A stretch of 47,810 nucleotides of DNA from positions 1 through 47,810 of the forward strand of contig JBBIPB010000004.1 of NCBI GenBank assembly GCA_037443065.1, written 5' to 3'. The position numbers and the translations under genes were made by a program. This stretch comes from Acidobacteriota bacterium. GTDB taxonomy: Bacteria > Acidobacteriota > Thermoanaerobaculia > UBA5066. Below are positions 1 to 8,713 of this stretch, piece by piece. The stretch's first letter is position 1; every line of letters begins with the position of its first letter. The notes under the pieces were generated by a model. It ran no database searches. It worked only from the letters and a program-made list of their open reading frames with translations, and was not told the DNA's origin.

Positions 1-1
1 G

Positions 2-601
2 CCCGATGCTCCGCGGGCTGCCGCGGTGGAGCGCCTCGGCCACCAGCTCCTTTCCGGTGCCGCTCTCTCCCTGCAGCAGGACCGTGACGTCCGTGCCGGC
101 CACCTTCCCGATCTTCGCGAAAAGGGCAAGCATCGGGGCGCTCGCCCCGACGATTCTGTCGAACGAGCGGCGGTGAAGCATCTCCTCCCTCAGGACCTCG
201 TTCTCGGCCAGGATGCGGCTCCGCTCGAGGGCCCTCCGAAGGACGAGGAGCAGCTCGGCCTTGTCCACCGGCTTCCGGAAGAAGTCGTAGGCCCCGAGCT
301 CGACGGCCTTGAGGGCGTGCTTCCGGTCGGTCTCCCCCGTCATCACGACGATGGCCGCCTCGGGGCGCTTCTTTCGAATGGCAGAGAGCAGGCGGAGCCC
401 CTCCTCGGCCTCGTTCGACGGGGGGAGACGGAGATCCAGGAGGAAGAGATCGAACGGCTCGTCCGCGAGGGCAAGTCCCGTCACCGCGTCCGACGCCTTC
501 GCGACTCCGAACGTCCCCTTCAGGCTCCAGGTGAGCTGGTCGAGCAGCCCGGCGTCGTCCTCGACGATGGCGAGGCGCCCCTCGGGTGCCCGCGTGCTCA
601 C
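2..601 (-). CDS. Sigma54-dependent NtrC-family response regulator (PrsR-like), 3' end outside the window
   Basis: Not in the ORF track. Manual translation from GTG at 601 (GTGA overlap with the kinase stop) gives a receiver domain (LAIVEDD...FLLDLRLP...VVMTG...GAYDFFRKP), then an AAA+ start (IVGASAPM...TVLLQGESGTGKELVAEALH). Confidence 0.88.
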   Translation of the reverse strand, partial: MSTRAPEGRLAIVEDDAGLLDQLTWSLKGTFGVAKASDAVTGLALADEPFDLFLLDLRLPPSNEAEEGLRLLSAIRKKRPEAAIVVMTGETDRKHALKAVELGAYDFFRKPVDKAELLLVLRRALERSRILAENEVLREEMLHRRSFDRIVGASAPMLALFAKIGKVAGTDVTVLLQGESGTGKELVAEALHRGSPRSIG

Positions 602-1308
602 GCTTCTCGCTCCGCCGGCAGGGTGATGCGGACGAGCGTCCCGGCCCCCGGCCGGCTTGTCACGACGAGATCCCCCTTGTGGAAGAGGAGGATCTGACTG
701 CTCGTGTAGAGACCCAGCCCGACCCCGTCCGGCTTCGTCGTCTGGAAGGGGCGGAAGAGCCGCGTCTCGACGAACTCCTCGGCAATCCCCGGGCCGTTGT
801 CCTCGATCTCGACGACGGCCCAGCATCGCCGGCCGCGCGTCTCGACGAAGGAGCGGACCTCCACGCGGCCTCCCGCGGGGGCCACGGCCTCGAGCGCGTT
901 CTGGACGAGCGCCAGGATCGCGTCCTTGAGAAAGTGGGGATCGCCCCAGACGCGTGGAACGGGGGTGAGGCTGGTGGTGACCGACGTTCCCCGCACGGCC
1001 TCGCCCGAGCGTGACCGCACGCGCGCCTGGCGCAGGGCCTCCCGGACGACGTCGTTCAGGTCCACCTCGACCTTGATCAGGACGGAGTCCGCGTGCGCCG
1101 TCCACCGGGCGACCATCGTGTCCAGCTTCTCGCGTGTCCCTTCGAGCAGCTCCAGGACGCCGCGCTTGAACTCGGGGTCCCCGAAGTGCTCCTCGAGATT
1201 CTCGAGAAGGAGCCCCAGCTGGAACCCCATGTTCTTCATGTCGTGGATCAGGACGGAGTCCATCGTGGAGCGGAGACGTCGCTTGGACGGTCGCGGGCGG
1301 ACCGGCAT
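598..1308 (-). CDS. Histidine kinase (HisKA + HATPase_c only), PrsK-like, no sensor or TM region
   Basis: H-box LIHDMKN, N-box LVQNALEA, G1 IEDNGPGI, F-box LFRPFQTTK, G2 GVGLGLY. Translationally coupled to the response regulator. Confidence 0.85.
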   Translation of the reverse strand: MPVRPRPSKRRLRSTMDSVLIHDMKNMGFQLGLLLENLEEHFGDPEFKRGVLELLEGTREKLDTMVARWTAHADSVLIKVEVDLNDVVREALRQARVRSRSGEAVRGTSVTTSLTPVPRVWGDPHFLKDAILALVQNALEAVAPAGGRVEVRSFVETRGRRCWAVVEIEDNGPGIAEEFVETRLFRPFQTTKPDGVGLGLYTSSQILLFHKGDLVVTSRPGAGTLVRITLPAEREA

Positions 1309-1321
1309 GTCGGCGGCTCCT

Positions 1322-2140
1322 TCAGCGGGCCGGTGCGGAGGGAGCCGCCACGATCGCCGCCGTCTCGAATGTCAGCTTCACGGCGAGACCCGGCCGCATT
1401 ATCTTCCGGGCGTCCCGCTGGACCTTCACGATCACCTGGACCGTCCCGCTCGCCGGGTCGACGACCGGGCTGACGAACGTCACGCGCCCCGACGAACGGG
1501 ACTCCGGGAAGTCCGTAGCCGCGACGGCGACTTCGTCGCCCGCCTTCACCGACCCGAGCGTCGCGGAGGGGAGATACGCCCGCGCAAGCAGGGGCTCGAG
1601 GGCCATGACCTTGAATAGCGGCTTGTGCTCGTCGAGCAGCACCTTCTCGCCCACCCGGACGAAGCGGTCCGCAACGACGCCGTCGAACGGAGCCCGGACG
1701 ACCGAGCGGTCGATGACGAGCCGGGCGCGTTCGAGCTCCACGCGGGCCAGCTCGTTTCGCGCCCTCTTTTGCTCCAGCTCGGCCTGGCTGCAGAGTCTCT
1801 GGCGGAACAGTTCCTCGTACCGCTTCAGGTCGGAGGCCGCCACGTTGAAGGTCTCCTCGGCGGCCCGGAAGTCAAGGCGGAACTCCCGCTGGTCGAGCGT
1901 CGCGAGGGGCTGCCCCTTCTTCACGATCTCGCCACGGTCCGCCTCGATCGAATCGACCACGCCGCTCACCCGCGTCGTGACGGAGACCTCCTGCTCGACC
2001 ATCAGGTTCGAGGAGACCGTGAGCGGGCTCTTCGGCCCGCCCTGCGCCTCGCCCGGGACGACAGCGGCGGCGAGAAAGAGGACGGCGACGACCCTGTGAG
2101 CGTTCGTCAGGACCCCCTTCGGTTGGACTCCCGGGATCAT
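1322..2140 (-). CDS. Efflux RND/ABC periplasmic adaptor (membrane fusion protein)
   Basis: C-terminal part of ORF 1322..3154 from ATG 2140: signal-like N-terminus, lipoyl halves (RVSGVV...GEIVKKGQPLATLD; VRAPFDGVV), coiled coil, SPVVDPASGTV...MRPGL. Confidence 0.85.
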   Translation of the reverse strand: MIPGVQPKGVLTNAHRVVAVLFLAAAVVPGEAQGGPKSPLTVSSNLMVEQEVSVTTRVSGVVDSIEADRGEIVKKGQPLATLDQREFRLDFRAAEETFNVAASDLKRYEELFRQRLCSQAELEQKRARNELARVELERARLVIDRSVVRAPFDGVVADRFVRVGEKVLLDEHKPLFKVMALEPLLARAYLPSATLGSVKAGDEVAVAATDFPESRSSGRVTFVSPVVDPASGTVQVIVKVQRDARKIMRPGLAVKLTFETAAIVAAPSAPAR

Positions 2141-2154
2141 ACCGGAGCGCGCCC

Positions 2155-3291
2155 CTAGACCTTCCAGTACCAGCCTTTTCGCTCGAAGACGAGGAGAATC
2201 CCCCACCAGACGAGGATGGTCACGAGGGCGTATGCATGGGAGCGGAGGGTCGGATCGGCGATCCAGGAGAAGCCTCCGTCGTAGAGGACCCTCTGAAGGC
2301 TCACGGCCTTCCCGTCCGGCCCCGCGAGCTTCACGAGGCCGAGAGTCTTCGCGAGAAGGCCCGAGCCGACGAAGACGACGAGGGGGTTCCGGCCGAAGGT
2401 GAAGAAGATCCCGCGGGGACGAAGCCATCCCTTGAGGTCGACCACGAGGATCGACAGCGCGAGCGCCACGCAGGCGCAGCCGGAGGTGAAGACCACGTAC
2501 GAGCCGGTCCAGAGGTTCTTGTTGATCGGGAGTCGGAGGTTCCAGGCGAGACCCACGGCCATTCCGGCCGCGCCCCAGAGCGTGAGAGCGCCCGCCGCCC
2601 GGCGGAAACGGGAGTTTTCGCCGCCGCCTTTCCGGACGAGGACGAAGCCGGCGAGCGTCCCGGTCAGCATCGTGGCGATGGACGTCAGCGTCGAGACGAT
2701 TCCTTCCGGGTCCCATTCCTTCTTCCAGAGGTGCCCTTTGAGGAGGGCGAGGTCCACCGCCCGCTGGATGTTCCCCGAAGGCGTCAGATCGAAGCCGAGG
2801 CCGAGGAGAAGGTAGGTGTGGAGGGCGACGAGGAGTGCCGCCGCCACGGCGGTCCCGACGGCCCGGCGCCGCCAGACCGTAAGGACGATGAGCGTCCCGA
2901 GGACGTAGACGACGCCGATTCGCGGCAGGACGCCGGGAATCCTCAGGCGAAAGAGACGCTCCAGCGTGAAGGGGAACCAGGACAGCGCCCAGCCGACGAG
3001 GACGATCGTCATCCCCCGCGTAAACGCGTGGCGCGCGAGGGCCGCGCGAGAGTCGCCGCGCTCCATCCGCTTCGTCAGCGAGAAGACCCCGGCCGTCCCG
3101 ACGATGAAGAGAAAGAAGGGGAAGATGAGGTCCGTCGGCGTCCACCCGTGCCACTCCGCGTGGTCGAAGGGCCAGTAGAGATGTCCCCAGTCCCCCGGGT
3201 TGTTGACGAAGATCATTGCCGCGATCGTCACCCCCCGGAAGAAGTCGAGGGAGGCGAAGCGGCCGGCGGGCGGGGCGGGAGAAGTCGTCAC
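2155..3291 (-). CDS. Heparan-alpha-glucosaminide N-acetyltransferase-like (NagX/DUF5009-type) membrane protein
   Basis: RFASLDFFRG...MIFVN, HAEWHGWTPTDLIFPFFLFIVG, IPGVLPRIG, DPEG, PINKNLWT motifs. GTG start at 3291 is inferred. Confidence 0.85.
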   Translation of the reverse strand: MTTSPAPPAGRFASLDFFRGVTIAAMIFVNNPGDWGHLYWPFDHAEWHGWTPTDLIFPFFLFIVGTAGVFSLTKRMERGDSRAALARHAFTRGMTIVLVGWALSWFPFTLERLFRLRIPGVLPRIGVVYVLGTLIVLTVWRRRAVGTAVAAALLVALHTYLLLGLGFDLTPSGNIQRAVDLALLKGHLWKKEWDPEGIVSTLTSIATMLTGTLAGFVLVRKGGGENSRFRRAAGALTLWGAAGMAVGLAWNLRLPINKNLWTGSYVVFTSGCACVALALSILVVDLKGWLRPRGIFFTFGRNPLVVFVGSGLLAKTLGLVKLAGPDGKAVSLQRVLYDGGFSWIADPTLRSHAYALVTILVWWGILLVFERKGWYWKV

Positions 3292-3349
3292 TTGGGGGAC
3301 ATCATCGTACCAGCGCGAGACGGAGCCCCGTGGTGGCAAGATCGGGGCG

Positions 3350-4309
3350 ATGAGGCCAAAAAAAACCGGACTTCCTCTCGCGGCTCTAGGCACACTCGCT
3401 TCGCTCGCCCTCCTCTCCGCCTGCACGACGATTCCGAAGGGGCTGGTCGTCACGCCGCCGGACGGCGCCGTCGCCCGGGAGGTCGCGGCGATTGCCGAGA
3501 AGACCCCCGCCCGGCTCGGGATCGTCGCGATTCACGTCGAGAGCGGGCGACGCCTCGCGTGGAACGACACCGAGAGCTTCGAGGCCGCGAGCGTCGTGAA
3601 GATGGCCCTTCTCGCCGAGGCGGCCGCCGAGTGGCGGGAGGCGCGCTTCGACCCGAACGACCGCTGGACGATGATGAAGGCGGCCGTCGCCGCGGGGTCG
3701 GGGATCCTGGACGAGTTCGAGCCGGGGCTCATGCCGACGAACCGGGACCTGCTTCGGATCATGATCTCCCTCTCGGACAACACGGCGACGAACAGCTTCA
3801 TCGACCGGTTCGGGGCCTTCGCGGTGAACTGCCGGATGGAGGAGCTGGGCCTTCCGGGCCTCCGCCTCGTGGGCCGGATCCCCGACCTGGGACAGGAGCC
3901 CGAGCGGTGGGGGCCGCTCGGCCGGTTCACGCCGCACGACACGGCCGAGTACTTCCGGCGCGTCTCTGCCGGGACGCTGATCGACGAGCAGGCCGACCTC
4001 TTCATGCGGGAGATCTACCGGACGCAGCGGACGAAGAACCGGATCCCGCGCCTCCTGCTCGAGCCGAAGGAGAACGGCTGGGCCGGGAAGACAGGCTCGA
4101 TGCACGGCGTGAGGAACGACGCCGGGGTCCTGACGACGAAGAAAGGACGTTTCGTCCTCGTCGTCTTCGCCGACCGGATCGATGACGACGATAAGGACGG
4201 CCCCGTCGTCACGCGGGCGATGGGAGAGATCGGGAAGGCAATCGTGGACGGCTGGTCGGCGACGCTCCCCGACGTGGCGGTCCCTCCCGACCCGAATCCG
4301 CCGCGATAG
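3350..4309 (+). CDS. Class A beta-lactamase-like serine hydrolase / PBP, lipoprotein
   Basis: Lipobox LLSAC; SxxK (SVVK), SDN and KTG motifs; no canonical omega-loop ExxLN. Confidence 0.85.
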   Translation: MRPKKTGLPLAALGTLASLALLSACTTIPKGLVVTPPDGAVAREVAAIAEKTPARLGIVAIHVESGRRLAWNDTESFEAASVVKMALLAEAAAEWREARFDPNDRWTMMKAAVAAGSGILDEFEPGLMPTNRDLLRIMISLSDNTATNSFIDRFGAFAVNCRMEELGLPGLRLVGRIPDLGQEPERWGPLGRFTPHDTAEYFRRVSAGTLIDEQADLFMREIYRTQRTKNRIPRLLLEPKENGWAGKTGSMHGVRNDAGVLTTKKGRFVLVVFADRIDDDDKDGPVVTRAMGEIGKAIVDGWSATLPDVAVPPDPNPPR

Positions 4310-4360
4310 CCCGACCCCACGTTCCCGCATGCGACGTCACTGCGCTACGATGAGCGTCCG

Positions 4361-5230
4361 ATGCTCGAAGGCCTGAGACGCCTCGACGAGCCGGGCACGG
4401 CCCGGCACCTTCTCGAGAAGATGCGGGAGGGGGCGTACATCTCGACACCTGCGGGCGAGATCCTCGACGCGAACCCTGCGTTTCTGGCGATCCTCGGGGC
4501 GCGTAGTCTCGAAGACCTCCGCGCCGCAACGGCCGCCGACTACCTTGCCGAGCCGGCCCAGCGGGAGGTGTGGAAGGAAGCCCTCGACAAGTTCGGTTCG
4601 GTCGTCGATTTCGAGTTGAAGGTCCGGCGCCGCGACGGCGAGATCCGGACCGTCCTCGACACCGCCTGGGTCCGCGTCGATCCCGAGTCGGGAGACGTCT
4701 ACTATCACGGCGTTCTCACGGACGTGACCGAGCGGAAGGAGCTGGAGACGGCGCTCGACGAGCAGGCCCTTCGCGACCCGATCACCGGCTGCTACAACCT
4801 CCGCTACCTCGCGCAGGCTTCCCGGACCGCCGGAGCGGAAGAGAAGCCGAAGGGCTGCGTCGTCGTCGAGCTGGACCGCGCCGGCGCCTCCGGCGTGCCG
4901 GACGACGGGACACCCGATCCCGTCGCGAACCGGATCAGCCGCTTCCTGATGCGGCAGTCGCGGGCCGAGACGGCGGTCATCCGGATGCACTCGAACGAGT
5001 TTCTGCTCCTCCTGCGCGAAGCCGACGAAAAGATGGTCGGAACGGTCCTCGAGCGGATCGTCTTCGCGGCCTCGCGAGAGCTGCTCCCGCCCTTCCGCGT
5101 CGGGGCGGGGGTTTGCGCAGCCGAGGAGCCCCTCGCCGAAGCGATCCGGAAAGCCCGGGAGAACCGGACTCCCGTCCGGACGATCGGGAGCTCCGGGGAC
5201 GAGGCCCCGGGAATCTATCCACTCCCTTGA
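4361..5230 (+). CDS. PAS domain + degenerate GGDEF domain protein
   Basis: PAS (ILDANPAF...VRRRDGE...DVTERK), then RDPITGCYNLRYL. The active site reads RMHSNEF instead of RxGG(D/E)EF. Confidence 0.8.
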   Translation: MLEGLRRLDEPGTARHLLEKMREGAYISTPAGEILDANPAFLAILGARSLEDLRAATAADYLAEPAQREVWKEALDKFGSVVDFELKVRRRDGEIRTVLDTAWVRVDPESGDVYYHGVLTDVTERKELETALDEQALRDPITGCYNLRYLAQASRTAGAEEKPKGCVVVELDRAGASGVPDDGTPDPVANRISRFLMRQSRAETAVIRMHSNEFLLLLREADEKMVGTVLERIVFAASRELLPPFRVGAGVCAAEEPLAEAIRKARENRTPVRTIGSSGDEAPGIYPLP

Positions 5231-5231
5231 C

Positions 5232-7541
5232 GTGACCCGTCCTTCGAGCCTCCACGACGCCGATGCTCCGTCGATCGAGAAGCCGTTCTTCGCGGTCCGG
5301 CTGACCCTCGGCCTCACGTCCTTCGCGCTCGCCGCCTATCAGATCGCTCTCACCCGGGTCTCGTCCGTCCTCGTCTACACGCAGACGACCTTCCTCGTCC
5401 TCTCCGTCTGCATCGCCGCGATCGGGATCGGCGCTGCCGCGGTCCACTGGCGGAAGGCGCGGCGGGGACGGGAGGTCACACGGGGCCAGATCCGGCTCCT
5501 CGCCCTCCTGACCGGTCTTTCGGCGAGCGTCGCCTGGGTGCTCGTCGTCCGGTTGAAGCTCGCCTTCGAATCCGGCCTGTTCGCCCTCCCCTTTCTCTTC
5601 GCCGGAGCCTGCTTTGCGACCGCCTACGTCCTGATCGGCGCGCGCGCCTCGCTGACCTACGCTTTCGAGCTGATCGGGGGGGCGGCCGGCGTTCTGGCCG
5701 CGATCGTGCTCCTCCCCCGCATCGGGGACGTCAACACGGGGCTCGTCGCGGCAGGTCTCGCCGGCCTCGCCGCGCTTCCGCTCTCGGCCGCGGCCGCGCG
5801 CATGGCACCCGTCCTCGCCGCGGCGGCGCCGGCCGCTCTTCTGGCCGTGAACCTCGCCGTTCCCGGCGGTTTCCTCGTCGTCGACCCGTACGCCGTCGTG
5901 ACGTTCGAGCCCCACCTCGTCTGGGAGACGAAGCCTCACCACGGCCGCGTCACGGCCACGGCGTACGACGATTTCGCCCGAACGGACCTCGTGGAGACCG
6001 ACGAGCCCTGGTCCCGGTATCTCTACACGGACCGGATGTACGGCGCCCGGGTGGTCCGCTGGGACGGACGCTCCCCGCGCTTCGACGACCCCGCCGCGGA
6101 GAAGCGCGCGACCCTCAAAGCGCTCCCGTTCCGGAACGGAAATCCGAAGAAGGTGCTGATTCTCGGCGCCGGCGGCGGCTTCGACGTCGCGCTCGCCCTG
6201 CAGGGAGGAGCGACGGACGTGACGGCCGTCGAGATCAACGGCGCCTCGATCCGCTTCACGCGCGCTCTCGGAGAGTTCTCCGGCCGCGTCTACGACCGTC
6301 CCGAGGTCCGCGTGGTTCGCGCGGATGCGCGACGCTTCCTCCGCGACTCCGCCGACCGGTACGATCTGATCCAGCTTTCCCTCTTGCAGAACGACCCTTC
6401 GGAAGGGCGGAGCACCGTCGCCCGCCAGAATTGGGTCTTCACCGTGGAGGCGATCGAGGCCTACCTCGCGCACCTCGCGCCGGGCGGGGTGATCGCCGTC
6501 GTCCAGAACATGGTCGAACTCGCCGACAAGACCGTCGCGACGGCGCTCGAGTCCTTCCGGCACCTCGGCATTGCTGGACCCGGGGCCATGAGCCGGATCG
6601 TCGTCCTCGCCCTGAACTCCGAAGGAAACCCCTTTTCCGAGCTCGTCATGATCTACCGCGACCCCCCTGCGCCGTCGCAGGTGTCGCAGCTCCTGGAGGG
6701 GGCCGGGAGAGTCGTCCGGGTCCGCTTCGCACCCGGAATGCCCGCCGTCGAGCCGTTCGCGGGCCTCTCGTCCGGCAAGACGACGCCCGCCCGCTGGCTG
6801 GAAAGGAGCGAGCCGGACCTGACGCCTGTGACGGACGAATCACCCTTCTTCTTCAACCTCGACCGGAACGCCGGCTCCACGTGGGTGGGACTCGGCGCGG
6901 CCTGCCTCGCCCTCGTCGCCCTCCTCGCGACGGCCGACGCGGTCCGGGGCCGGGAGGCGCCCGGACGGCTCCCCCTTCCGGGCTGGGGGGCCGCCGCCGC
7001 GCTCGGCGTCGGCTTTCTCTTCCTTCAGGCCGGTCTCATCCACCGCGCCCAGTTCCTCCTCGGCAATCCGACGCTCGCCGTGGCGCTCGGCGTCGGCGGA
7101 ATGTTCGTCTTCGGGAGCCTTGGCTGCCTGCTTGCCGTCCGGCTTCGGGGCGGCTCCCCGTCGGCGCGGCTCGCACTCGCGGCCGGCGCGACGGCCGCGG
7201 CTCTCGCAGGGGCCGCCGCGCTCTGGCCACGCGTGGTCGAGACGGCCGCCGGAAAGGGAAACCCTCTCCTTCTCCTCGTCCTCGCCGGCGTCTTCGGCCC
7301 GGCCGCGATCGCCGCCGGGGCCTGCTTTCCGGCCGTGATCGAGCGCTGGGCCGGCGTGAAGCAGAGGGCCGCGGCGGCCGTCTACGCGGCAGACGGGATC
7401 GCCTCGGTGGCGGGGGGCGCGCTCGCGGCGGTCACGGCGCTCCACTTCGGCATCCGCGCACTCTTCGTCGCGGCGACGTTCTGCTACGCCCTCTGCGCCC
7501 TTTTCGCACTCTTCCCGGTGCGCCGGGCCGTCACGCCCTGA
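5232..7541 (+). CDS. Membrane-embedded spermidine synthase-like / SAM-dependent methyltransferase-fold protein
   Basis: N- and C-terminal TM bundles around a Rossmann fold: KVLILGAGGGFDV, VTAVEIN, DARRFL, YDLIQL, FTVEA, PVTDESPFF. Confidence 0.8.
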   Translation: MTRPSSLHDADAPSIEKPFFAVRLTLGLTSFALAAYQIALTRVSSVLVYTQTTFLVLSVCIAAIGIGAAAVHWRKARRGREVTRGQIRLLALLTGLSASVAWVLVVRLKLAFESGLFALPFLFAGACFATAYVLIGARASLTYAFELIGGAAGVLAAIVLLPRIGDVNTGLVAAGLAGLAALPLSAAAARMAPVLAAAAPAALLAVNLAVPGGFLVVDPYAVVTFEPHLVWETKPHHGRVTATAYDDFARTDLVETDEPWSRYLYTDRMYGARVVRWDGRSPRFDDPAAEKRATLKALPFRNGNPKKVLILGAGGGFDVALALQGGATDVTAVEINGASIRFTRALGEFSGRVYDRPEVRVVRADARRFLRDSADRYDLIQLSLLQNDPSEGRSTVARQNWVFTVEAIEAYLAHLAPGGVIAVVQNMVELADKTVATALESFRHLGIAGPGAMSRIVVLALNSEGNPFSELVMIYRDPPAPSQVSQLLEGAGRVVRVRFAPGMPAVEPFAGLSSGKTTPARWLERSEPDLTPVTDESPFFFNLDRNAGSTWVGLGAACLALVALLATADAVRGREAPGRLPLPGWGAAAALGVGFLFLQAGLIHRAQFLLGNPTLAVALGVGGMFVFGSLGCLLAVRLRGGSPSARLALAAGATAAALAGAAALWPRVVETAAGKGNPLLLLVLAGVFGPAAIAAGACFPAVIERWAGVKQRAAAAVYAADGIASVAGGALAAVTALHFGIRALFVAATFCYALCALFALFPVRRAVTP

Positions 7542-8670
7542 CGACTCCGAGCCCCGGCCCCATCGGCTCCCGCCATCTCCCGTCGACGATCGTCAGCCCC
7601 TTGAACGGGTCGTTCGAAATGAGGAGGTTTCCGTCGAGGTCGAGCCAGTCGAAGAGGGGCGCCACGGCGACACCGGCCGCGATGCCGAGCGACGACTCGA
7701 TCATGCAGCCGAGCATCAGCTTGAAGCCGAGAGCCCGGCCGATGGCCGCCATCTCCCAGGCGCGCGTGATTCCGCCGCACTTGGCGAGCTTCACGTTGAT
7801 GCCGTCGAACAGGCCGACGAGCGCCGGGATGTCTTGCGGGTGGAGGACCGACTCGTCCCCTACGAGCGGGAGCGGTGACGCGGCCTTCACGGACTTCATC
7901 GCTGCGTTTTTCGACGAGGGCATCGGCTGCTCGACGAACTCGATCCCCATCGTCGCGAGCCACTTGATCCTCGCGATCGCCTCCTCGGGCGTCTGCCACC
8001 CTTCGTTCGCGTCGACGCGGATCGGCTTTTTCGTCACGGCGCGGATTGCCGAGACGTTCGCCTCATCGGTCGGAAGCCCGACCTTCACCTTGAGCGAGGG
8101 GTATTTTTCCCCTTCCTTCACCTTCTGCCGCATGACCTCGGGGGTGTCGATGCCGATCGTGAAGGTCGTCACCGCCATCCGGTCCTCCGGCATGCCGAGG
8201 ATGCGGTGGACCGGGGCGGAGAGCTTTTTCCCCTTCCAGTCCCAGAGCGCCATGTCCAGCGCCGCGACGATCTGCGAGTCGCCGCCGGCTTCTTTCTCGG
8301 CGCGTTCGAGCCAGACGAGGTGCTCCCAGGGCGAGAGCCCCTCGACCGCCTTCTTCACGCGCGCGAAGGCCGCCTCACCCGAGTCCCAGCTCTGTCCGTA
8401 CCGGACGTTCGCCGCGGCCTCGCCGAAGCCCGTGACCCCGTCGGCGGCGAGCGTCACGAGGCCGTTCTTCTTCTCCGTCGAGGAGTTACGCGAGATCGTC
8501 CAGGTGTGCGTCAGCTTCAGCTCGAGGGGGGCGAGCGTGAGGGCCGCTTTTCCGGAAGACGGCGCCACGGCGGCCGCCTGCGACGCGCGGGCTGCCTCGG
8601 GGAGGAAGGCCGAGCCCGCGAGCGCCGCGGAGCCGGCGAGGAGGGAGCGGCGGGAGAGTTCGTTCGTCAT
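7531..8670 (-). CDS. Dipeptide (L-Ala-D/L-Glu) epimerase, enolase superfamily, with Tat signal peptide
   Basis: KVK motif, DANEG, EQP, GDES, NVKLAKCGG, GCMIES, DLDG. N-terminus SRRSLL plus hydrophobic region. Confidence 0.9.
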   Translation of the reverse strand: MTNELSRRSLLAGSAALAGSAFLPEAARASQAAAVAPSSGKAALTLAPLELKLTHTWTISRNSSTEKKNGLVTLAADGVTGFGEAAANVRYGQSWDSGEAAFARVKKAVEGLSPWEHLVWLERAEKEAGGDSQIVAALDMALWDWKGKKLSAPVHRILGMPEDRMAVTTFTIGIDTPEVMRQKVKEGEKYPSLKVKVGLPTDEANVSAIRAVTKKPIRVDANEGWQTPEEAIARIKWLATMGIEFVEQPMPSSKNAAMKSVKAASPLPLVGDESVLHPQDIPALVGLFDGINVKLAKCGGITRAWEMAAIGRALGFKLMLGCMIESSLGIAAGVAVAPLFDWLDLDGNLLISNDPFKGLTIVDGRWREPMGPGLGVVRA

Positions 8671-8713
8671 GGGCCCATTATGCCCGCCGAAATAGAGGGG
8701 GCAGAATCGCGCC

